A DNA stretch of 13,655 nt, from NCBI GenBank assembly GCA_020354945.1, contig CP070655.1, positions 134,912 through 148,566 on the forward strand. The letters run 5' to 3'. Both the position numbers and the translations under genes were made by a program. This DNA is from Candidatus Omnitrophota bacterium. GTDB lineage: Bacteria > Omnitrophota > Gorgyraeia > JABMRG01 > JAFGKX01. How positions within the stretch are numbered: position 1 is the first letter of the stretch; each line of letters starts with the position of its first letter. Below are positions 1 to 5,822 of this stretch, in pieces. The notes beneath the pieces are model-generated. The model saw only the letters and a list, made by a program, of their open reading frames with translations, did not search any database and was not told the origin of the DNA.

Positions 1-292
1 ATATTGCTACGCCTTTCGGGCCATATCCTTCATAAATAACTTTTTCATAAGTTATGCCTGGCAGTTCTCCCGCGCCTCTTTTTATTGCTCTTTCAATATT
101 ATCTGATGACATATTGCAAGACTTAGCTTTATTCACAGCTAACCTTAACAACGAGTTTGAGTTGACATCGGCGCCTCCCTGCCTGGCTGCGACTGTTATT
201 TCTTTAGCCAATTTTGAAAATAGCTTGCCGCGCTTTGCATCTACTGCTGCCTTTTTATGTTTAATTCCTGCCCATTTCGAATGGCCTGACAT
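1..292 (-). CDS. yebC: YebC/PmpR (TACO1) family protein, 5' part (runs off the left edge of the window)
   Basis: Not in the ORF track. Manual translation from ATG at 292 gives [97 protein letters not shown], with the MSGHSKW and YEGYGP family signatures. GGAG RBS upstream. Confidence 0.96.
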   Translation of the reverse strand, partial: MSGHSKWAGIKHKKAAVDAKRGKLFSKLAKEITVAARQGGADVNSNSLLRLAVNKAKSCNMSSDNIERAIKRGAGELPGITYEKVIYEGYGPKGVAI

Positions 293-343
293 TGTTAACT
301 CCGTGGAGAATAGCACCCTTTGGAATCCCAAACGGTGCATTCT

Positions 344-2392
344 TCATTTAGCTGCTTCCTCTTTTGCTGCCTTCGCCTGTGTTATTATCTGCTGCGCTAC
401 CTTATCCGGCGCCTGTTCATAACGAGAAAATTTCATTGTGTAGGAACCTTTGCCTGCTGTGATAGAGCGCAACTCTGTCGCATATTTAAGCATCTCAGCC
501 AGAGGCACCTGCGCCTTTACTATCTGATTTGCACCTTTAGGTTCCATCCCCATAATTCTTCCTCTTCGAGAATTTAAATCGCCGGTTATGTTTCCCATAG
601 CATCTTCAGGCACTACTACCTCTACATCCATAATCGGCTCTAATAATACAGGGCTGGCTTGTTTTAATCCATTTCTCATTGCAGTGCTGGCTGCAATCTT
701 AAATGCCATTTCGGAGGAATCCACTGTATGAAAGGACCCATCAAAAAGGGTAACCTTAATACCCACCACCGGCGCACCGATCAATATCCCTGCTTGCATA
801 GTTGCTTTTACGCCTTTCTCAACGCCGGGAATATACCCTCTTGGTATAGCCCCACCGACAATCTTATCCACGAACTCATAATTTTCGCCTCGAGGAAGCG
901 GTTCAAGCTTAAGATAAACCTCGCCATACTGGCCATGGCCCCCTGTCTGCTTCTTATGTTTATAACTGACCTCGACCTTTTTTCTTATGGTTTCTTTATA
1001 AGCCACTCTTGGCGTGCCGACTTCAACCTCAACTTTAAAATTCCTCTTCAGTCTTTCAATCATAATCTTAAGATGCAAATCCCCCAATCCCGATGCTATA
1101 AGCTCCTTTGTCTGCTGGTCCCTTCCATATTTAAATGTTGGGTCCTCACTACCCAATTTTGAAAGAGCGGTCATTATCCTTTCTTCATCCTGTCTGGTCT
1201 TTGGCTTAAGTGATAATGATATAGCAGGTTCTGGCATTTTAATTGCGTCAAATTTAAGCTGCCTTGATTCGTTACATAATGTATCACCCGTGGATGTCTC
1301 CTTCAATTTCGCGACTGCAGCTATATCACCAGCCTGGACCTTGTCTGTCCCTTTCTGCTCTTTTCCCTTAAGCAGAAATATCTGGCCTATTTTTTCCTTG
1401 GCAGATTTATTTACATTATAAAATCCTGTATTCGATTGCAGGCTTCCGGAAAATACCCTAAAGACGGTAAGTTGTCCGACGTAAGGATCAATGACTGTCT
1501 TGAAAACTTGTGCAGCAAAAGGTTCATCAGCAGAGACTTTATAATCTATGGGATTGGCTCCATCGGGCGAGGCAGCCTGTGTTGGGGTTACATCAATTGA
1601 CGAAGGAGCAAATTTTATAATTGCATTTATAAGCTCTTCTACGCCAATTCCTTTAGTAGCAGAGCCACAAAATACAGGGTGTGCGTTGCCTGTGTTTACT
1701 GCCTTTTTAAGGCCATTTATTATTTCACCTTCAGAGAGTTCTTCTCCACCAAGATATTTTTCGATTAATACATCATCTGTTTCAGCTATTGCCTCTATAA
1801 GCTGGTCTCTATATTTTAGGGCCTTATTTTTATCATCACCTGAAATACTCTCAACGGCAGCCTTATTCAATAAATCGACCACTTCTTTAAAAGATGTCTC
1901 TTTGCCTATTGGATATGTAATAGGGACGCAATTTTTTCCAAATTCTTTCTGCACTGCCCCAATCGTTTTCTCAAAACTTGAATGTTCCTTATCTAACTTA
2001 TTTATAAATAAAAAAGAAGGTTTCCCGCCTTCTGTTAACATATCCCACACCCGGGACGTGCCTACCTCTACTCCATTTACCCCGCATACTAAACACAGCC
2101 CGCAGTCAGCAGCGCGAAGAGATGAAAAAACTCCACCTATAAAATCTGCATAACCCGGGGTATCTAAAAGATTTATTCTTTTTGTGTCTTTTTCAATGCT
2201 AAGCACCTTTGGATCAATCGTAATCTTTCTTTCAATTTCATCCGGGTTATAATCGCACATGCTGGTGCCTTCATTAACACTGCCGCGCCTTGTGTTCGCT
2301 TTGGCAGCAAATAGTATAGAATCTATTAAAGATGTCTTTCCGGCACTCGAATGCGATAAAAATACAATATTTCTTATATCCTTAACATCCAT
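344..2392 (-). CDS. fusA: Elongation factor G-like translational GTPase (EF-G2/FusA2-type paralog)
   Basis: G1 SHSSAGKTS, switch I ERKITI, G3 DTPGY, G4 NKLD, G5 GSA; domain IV motifs KQTGGHGQYG and SFHTVDSSEMAF; domain V LLEPIM...DLNSRRG. Not next to rpsL/rpsG/tuf. ATG at 2392 preferred over the TTG at 2401 used by the ORF track, because TTG is only about 3 nt from the AAGGA. Confidence 0.93.
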   Translation of the reverse strand: MDVKDIRNIVFLSHSSAGKTSLIDSILFAAKANTRRGSVNEGTSMCDYNPDEIERKITIDPKVLSIEKDTKRINLLDTPGYADFIGGVFSSLRAADCGLCLVCGVNGVEVGTSRVWDMLTEGGKPSFLFINKLDKEHSSFEKTIGAVQKEFGKNCVPITYPIGKETSFKEVVDLLNKAAVESISGDDKNKALKYRDQLIEAIAETDDVLIEKYLGGEELSEGEIINGLKKAVNTGNAHPVFCGSATKGIGVEELINAIIKFAPSSIDVTPTQAASPDGANPIDYKVSADEPFAAQVFKTVIDPYVGQLTVFRVFSGSLQSNTGFYNVNKSAKEKIGQIFLLKGKEQKGTDKVQAGDIAAVAKLKETSTGDTLCNESRQLKFDAIKMPEPAISLSLKPKTRQDEERIMTALSKLGSEDPTFKYGRDQQTKELIASGLGDLHLKIMIERLKRNFKVEVEVGTPRVAYKETIRKKVEVSYKHKKQTGGHGQYGEVYLKLEPLPRGENYEFVDKIVGGAIPRGYIPGVEKGVKATMQAGILIGAPVVGIKVTLFDGSFHTVDSSEMAFKIAASTAMRNGLKQASPVLLEPIMDVEVVVPEDAMGNITGDLNSRRGRIMGMEPKGANQIVKAQVPLAEMLKYATELRSITAGKGSYTMKFSRYEQAPDKVAQQIITQAKAAKEEAAK

Positions 2393-2458
2393 TAGTTGCA
2401 AGATTCCTTTTTCGGTATGGAATTAATTATAGGATTGGACTACTTCAATATGAAATTA

Positions 2459-2488
2459 ATTATAAATGAGAGGTGCTACTATTGTCAA
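2459..2488 (-). promoter_or_regulatory. sigma70-type promoter for fusA2-yebC
   Basis: Minus strand TTGACA (2488-2483), 18-nt spacer, TATAAT (2464-2459); both hexamers are perfect consensus. Confidence 0.8.
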
Positions 2489-2545
2489 GGAAAAAGGACT
2501 CCTCGATTTCCTTTGGCTTGTGTTATACATATAATAAATTATATA

Positions 2546-2902
2546 TTACATAAGTGAGGGGGGTGGGCAAAATATGAAAAATGCGGCCATCGTATGTATT
2601 ATATGAGGTATTGCGGTCCTCGCAGCCGCCATTATTTTAAGGCTTACGAATTTGCAACCTTTGTTTGCCAATCCTATAACAGCGCTGCGGAAGGTGTGTG
2701 TAGTGCTTCTTCTCACTGCAATAACAACAGGGGTAAATGAATAAAGAATAAATAGACACAATTATTGCCACGGAAAATTATCCCCTAAATAAACTGTATC
2801 CTTCTTGCGATTTTTGCCTTTAAATATTGCTGCTAGGAAAAACACAGCTTGCAAAAAACCTTGCGTAAAACAATACGATAAATGATATGTATGCTTTTCC
2901 AT
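2546..2902 (-). pseudogene. Small hypothetical reading frame interrupted by a single in-frame TAA (46-aa ORF at 2762-2902 followed in frame by a 71-aa ORF at 2546-2761)
   Basis: AAAGGGAG RBS 5 nt before ATG at 2902. MEKHTYHLSYCFTQGFLQAVFFLAAIFKGKNRKKDTVYLGDNFPWQ, then TAA (2764-2762), then LCLFILYSF...FFIFCPPPSLM-stop in the same frame. No recognisable family. Confidence 0.35.
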
Positions 2903-2920
2903 AATTTCTCCCTTTACTTC

Positions 2921-2929
2921 TTATCCACA
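2921..2929 (+). promoter_or_regulatory. Single consensus DnaA box
   Basis: Exact TTATCCACA in intergenic DNA; no convincing cluster of boxes. Confidence 0.3.
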
Positions 2930-3079
2930 GTTATGTAATAACAATGCGCAGGTGAAAGTTCCACATAAATTAGCCAGGCAACGGGAGTGCTTATCTGCAT
3001 TATCCTTGAGCCTGGCGGTATATTTTGCAATCCATTTAGTATTTTTGAGTTTTTATCTTGCATGGTTTTTGTTTTTTTC

Positions 3080-3120
3080 GAGATTGTTTCGGCCCCGAAG
3101 CGTCGGTGCTTCGCAATGCC
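3080..3120. repeat. REP-like short intergenic repeat, copy 1 (GAGATTnyTTCG...CGCAATGmC type)
   Basis: GAGATTGTTTCGgcccCGAAGCgtcggtGCTTCGCAATGCC, with an internal CGAAGC/GCTTCG hairpin. Both ends match the element at 5823-5861. Confidence 0.65.
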
Positions 3121-3126
3121 AAATTG

Positions 3127-3417
3127 TTAAATATTGCTTTGAACCTTCATTTTTAAACGGTGTAAATCTTCTGCTATCTTATCAATATTGACTATTCGCT
3201 TTATCTTAGGAAGGCCAAAGGCGACCATCCTCACCCTTGCCGGGCCTATCACACTTTTATTTATTGTGTCTTTATCAATCACTGTTTGTTTTTGCCAGGC
3301 TTGTGTAATCACCGGAGTTACTGCATTAAAACCAGCTGCTAATGCCGGTATGGCTTTACCATTTGATAATATCTGGGATATAATAACGGCGATGATAATA
3401 AATTTAATCAGTCTCAT
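3127..3417 (-). CDS. Small hypothetical exported protein with predicted Sec signal peptide (96 aa)
   Basis: AAAGGAG RBS 6 nt before ATG; overlaps the upstream gene by 14 nt. N-terminus MRLIK, hydrophobic FIIIAVIISQIL, then a plausible ALA-A cleavage site. Confidence 0.7.
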   Translation of the reverse strand: MRLIKFIIIAVIISQILSNGKAIPALAAGFNAVTPVITQAWQKQTVIDKDTINKSVIGPARVRMVAFGLPKIKRIVNIDKIAEDLHRLKMKVQSNI

Positions 3418-3751
3418 GTTTTGCTCCTTTCTTTAATCCCTTTAACTCTTCTGCAAGGTTAGGAAGCGCTTTTTTTAAAAGTTCGCTTATTCTCTGTTCT
3501 AACTCTTCTTGCGAGTGCACCAAATTGCCTGATACCTCCATTTTCCTGACCGCCTCTACTATCGCTTGTATTATTTCTGTTCTAGAAAGTTTTTTTCCGG
3601 TTGAAAACAAGGCATCCTTGCTAATTTTGTCTATAAAATCTAGTTGCTCCCTTGTAAGAAATGCAATAACCCTGCCTACATGTTTAGCATTGCTGCTAAT
3701 CTGTGTAAACCGGGAGGAGCGCTTGTGTGCGTTTGCGTGTCCATTTGTCAT
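3404..3751 (-). CDS. Hypothetical protein, ribbon-helix-helix-like DNA-binding protein (115 aa)
   Basis: GAGGTGA RBS precedes ATG at 3751; the ORF-track GTG at 3760 lies within that RBS. GRVIAFLTREQLDFIDKISKD...LSRTEIIQAIVEAV fits the RHH pattern (alternating beta strand, helix A, SR-x-E-II helix B). C-terminal part is helical and charged. The fold call is inference. Confidence 0.75.
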   Translation of the reverse strand: MTNGHANAHKRSSRFTQISSNAKHVGRVIAFLTREQLDFIDKISKDALFSTGKKLSRTEIIQAIVEAVRKMEVSGNLVHSQEELEQRISELLKKALPNLAEELKGLKKGAKHETD

Positions 3752-3809
3752 TTTATTCACCTCAATTTAATATGTTTTAAATTCTTTTTAACCATCTTTA
3801 ATTCTGCGC

Positions 3810-3867
3810 AAATAAAAAACCCTATTCCGTTTCAAGGCCAAACTACCCTGAAAAAGAATAGGGTTTT
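3810..3867 (-). terminator. Intrinsic terminator forming the riboswitch expression platform
   Basis: Minus-strand RNA AAAACCCUAUUC-UUUUUCAGGG-UAGUUUG-GCCUUGAAACG-GAAUAGGGUUUUUUAUUU: 12-bp perfect outer stem, inner stem and U tract, located between the aptamer and the first gene. Confidence 0.85.
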
Positions 3868-3879
3868 AATCTTTACTCT

Positions 3880-3992
3880 ATTCTTTCGGCAACCCGACAG
3901 CCTTATCAGTCTTCAGTGCTGACGACTGATAACTGAATTAGGCTCGTGGCTTTGTGCCCTACCCTTTCGGGTAGTTTACCTTTATCGAGAAT
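3880..3992 (-). promoter_or_regulatory. Cyclic di-GMP-I (GEMM-I) riboswitch aptamer
   Basis: Minus strand AUUCUCGAUAAAGGUAAACUACCC-GAAA-GGGUAGGGCACAAAGCCACGAGCCUAA...UAAGGCUGUCGGGUUGCCGAAAGAAU. It shows GGYAAAC, a GAAA-tetraloop P2, the CAAAGC junction, a CCUAA/UAAGG receptor-like motif in P3 and a GGGUUGCCGA 3' end. P3 is capped by a 9-bp UUAUCAGUC/GACUGAUAA stem. Confidence 0.93.
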
Positions 3993-4025
3993 TTCATTTG
4001 AAAGAGCTTTTTTTCTTCTGTCTTA

Positions 4026-4054
4026 AGTATGCATAATAAATTCAAAAAAGTCAA
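4026..4054 (-). promoter_or_regulatory. sigma70-type promoter for the riboswitch transcript
   Basis: TTGACT (4054-4049), 17-nt spacer, CATACT (4031-4026); predicted start near 4019, about 27 nt before the aptamer. Confidence 0.65.
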
Positions 4055-4079
4055 GAGGTGGGAAGATATTTTTTTATTT

Positions 4080-4103
4080 TTGTACTTTTGTACAAATGTA
4101 CAA
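4080..4103. repeat. Three tandem 8-bp palindromic boxes (consensus TTGTACAA), candidate operator
   Basis: TTGTACTT (4080-4087), TTGTACAA (4088-4095), ATGTACAA (4096-4103): GTAC cores at an exact 8-bp period. Confidence 0.55.
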
Positions 4104-4158
4104 AAACGCCCATAAAGCGAAGTCCCCATGCCAATTCGAGCAGGAACGCATCGTTAGA

Positions 4159-4291
4159 TTTTGTGTGTTTGCCTCCGCTTGCCGTTCGCTCGGGCATTAC
4201 GCGGCCCTCGCTCACTGTGGCAAAAATTGCTCAAGAATAATCGCGTTTGTTTTCGCAATTTTTGACAGTCGCTACGGCAAAGCACACAAAA
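4159..4291. repeat. Branched imperfect palindrome (about 133 bp), MITE/REP-like
   Basis: Outer arms TTTTGTGTG-TTTGCC (4159-4173) and GGCAAA-g-CACACAAAA (4276-4291); inner arms ACTGT-gg-CAAAAATTGC (4214-4230) and GCAATTTTTG-ACAGT (4255-4269); small side hairpin GGGC...GCCC flanked by two TCGCTC copies. Confidence 0.7.
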
Positions 4292-4394
4292 CCTTTAGAC
4301 TCTACCCTGTTCAAATTGTTATAGGAGCCTTTGCTTTAAATCGAAACAAAATATTATCCTACAAAAGTAAAAACTAAAGGAGTGGGCGTAGAGA

Positions 4395-4599
4395 GGAAAA
4401 TAGGCGCTCAGGCTGTTGTGGAGCGAGACATTAGAAATTTTTTGCCAAATGTCTTTTTAGGACCTATGGCAAGTGAGACGACGGAACTGACTCGCTATTT
4501 CTCGGCTAAAGAATTCCGTCAAGCGAACGAGCCATTAAGTTCAAAAAGACGGCAAAAAATTTCAGTCTCGCGAAACAATACCCTGAGCGCCTATTTTCC
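4395..4599. repeat. 205-bp long imperfect palindrome with 18-bp perfect terminal inverted repeats (MITE-like)
   Basis: GGAAAATAGGCGCTCAGG (4395-4412) and CCTGAGCGCCTATTTTCC (4582-4599). Nested stems: GCGAGAC/GTCTCGC, GAAATTTTTTGCC/GGCAAAAAATTTC, GTCTTTTT/AAAAAGAC, ATGGC/GCCAT, GACGGAA/TTCCGTC. Confidence 0.85.
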
Positions 4600-5751
4600 C
4601 ATTCCTATGTTTTGGGCGCGTTGGAAGACTTTCCCTTCGGTTTGGATAGATGGGGCTATTATCAGCTTAGCCTTTTGCATCTTCTTGATATTATGGGCAC
4701 CGACATTGCCCATAGAAGTGGTGAGTGCACCCATCAAATTCTGAGTTCCATCATCCAATCTTGCAGGGCCGAATAATATCTCTTTTAATGTGCCGGTTGT
4801 TCCCACTTTTATTCTGGTGCCACGCGGCAGGTTTGCGTGGGGAGTAGCCATACCCCAGTGATAACCTCCGCCAGGGGCTTCTTTTGCTCTGGCAAAAGCA
4901 GAACCTACCATAACAGCATCGGCGCCGGAGGCAAATGCCTTGCATATATCTCCGCCGGTACTCATTCCGCCGTCTGTTATTATGGGGATGTATTTTTTCT
5001 TCTTGTTAAAATAATGGTTTCTTGCTGCAGCACAATCGACAGTAGCAGTCACTTGTGGAAGACCGATCCCTAAAACTCCTCTTGTGGTGCAGGCAGCGCC
5101 AGGGCCGATTCCTACCAAAAGGCCGTTTATTCCTGTTTCCATAAGCTCAAGCGTAGTTTTGTAGCTGCAGGTATTTCCGACAATTACAGGGATTTTCATG
5201 CTTTGGCAGAATCTCTTAAAATTTAGCACCTTGTATTCTTTGGATATATGTTTTACGGTTGTAACTGTTGACTGGACCATAAATATATCGCATCCGGCAT
5301 CCTGGGCTATTTTGCCGAATCTCTCCGCTCTTTGCGGTATGGCACTTACTACCGCCGGAACTCCCTTAGATTTAATTTCCTTTATCCTTTTTACTATTAA
5401 CTTCTCTTTTATCGGCTTCGTATATATGCTTTGGACTAACTCAGTCGCTTCCTGAGGCGCGGCTTTAGCTATTTTTCTCAAAACAATATCCGGATTTTTA
5501 TATCTTGTCTGGATGCCCTCTAAATTTAATACAGCAAAACCTCCGAGTTTGCCAAAGGCAACTGCAAATTTTACATCAACCACTCCGTCCATCGCTGCTG
5601 CGATTATAGGGACATGAAATTTGTGCTTGTCTATCTTCCAGGACGTATCAACTTCATTTGGGTTTATGGTTACATCACCGGGAACAAGTGCTACTTCATC
5701 AAAGCCATAACAACGTCTTGCGGTTCTATCTTTTCCTATATATAATCCCAT
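4591..5751 (-). CDS. guaB: GuaB3-family IMP dehydrogenase-related protein (no CBS domains)
   Basis: N-terminal IG...ARRCYGFDEVALVP, AAAMDGVV, catalytic loop GIGPGAACTTRGVLGIG, DGG, WGMATP...LPRGTRI. The 386-aa length is typical of the GuaB3 subfamily. AGGAG RBS. Confidence 0.93.
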   Translation of the reverse strand: MGLYIGKDRTARRCYGFDEVALVPGDVTINPNEVDTSWKIDKHKFHVPIIAAAMDGVVDVKFAVAFGKLGGFAVLNLEGIQTRYKNPDIVLRKIAKAAPQEATELVQSIYTKPIKEKLIVKRIKEIKSKGVPAVVSAIPQRAERFGKIAQDAGCDIFMVQSTVTTVKHISKEYKVLNFKRFCQSMKIPVIVGNTCSYKTTLELMETGINGLLVGIGPGAACTTRGVLGIGLPQVTATVDCAAARNHYFNKKKKYIPIITDGGMSTGGDICKAFASGADAVMVGSAFARAKEAPGGGYHWGMATPHANLPRGTRIKVGTTGTLKEILFGPARLDDGTQNLMGALTTSMGNVGAHNIKKMQKAKLIIAPSIQTEGKVFQRAQNIGMGK

Positions 5752-5775
5752 ATTTTACTCCTAATTATTTCTCTT

Positions 5776-5803
5776 ATTATAACTGTGAGGAATATTATGT
5801 CAA
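5776..5803 (-). promoter_or_regulatory. sigma70-type promoter for guaB3
   Basis: TTGACA (5803-5798), 16-nt spacer, TATAAT (5781-5776); short leader to the AGGAG RBS. Confidence 0.8.
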
Positions 5804-5822
5804 TATTATTTTAGAGATTCTA

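Noticed and set aside
864-872. DnaA-box-like TTATCCACG
   Set aside because: One mismatch and inside the fusA2 coding sequence (FVDKI codons); explained by coding.
54-2153. Plus-strand ORFs (54-422, 320-577, 728-1162, 1014-1421, 1548-2153)
   Set aside because: Antisense shadows of yebC and the EF-G-like gene; no recognisable motifs.
2500-3000. Possible replication origin (AT-rich DNA plus a DnaA box)
   Set aside because: Only one perfect box, no dnaA/dnaN/gidA/parAB context, and no switch in gene orientation across the region.
3127-3751. Type II toxin-antitoxin pair (RHH antitoxin plus small overlapping gene)
   Set aside because: The layout fits, but the second protein has a signal-peptide-like N-terminus and no RelE/ParE, PIN, MazF or HicA motifs.
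2952-3922. Plus-strand ORFs 2952-3191, 3188-3436, 3525-3770 and 3644-3922
   Set aside because: Antisense to better supported minus-strand genes, the terminator and the riboswitch; no convincing RBS noted.
3880-3992. cGAMP-sensing GEMM-Ib variant
   Set aside because: The discriminating position equivalent to Vc2 nucleotide 20 is G, not A.
4080-4600. CRISPR array or tRNA in the repeat-rich spacer
   Set aside because: No regularly spaced direct repeats with unique spacers, no cas genes, and no cloverleaf with a T-loop consensus.
4058-4744. Plus-strand ORFs 4058-4240, 4096-4377 and 4382-4744 as a transposase or small genes
   Set aside because: They run through palindromic repeats and antisense into guaB3, show no DDE/HUH motifs, and the AAGGAG at 4382 overlaps the GTG with no spacer.
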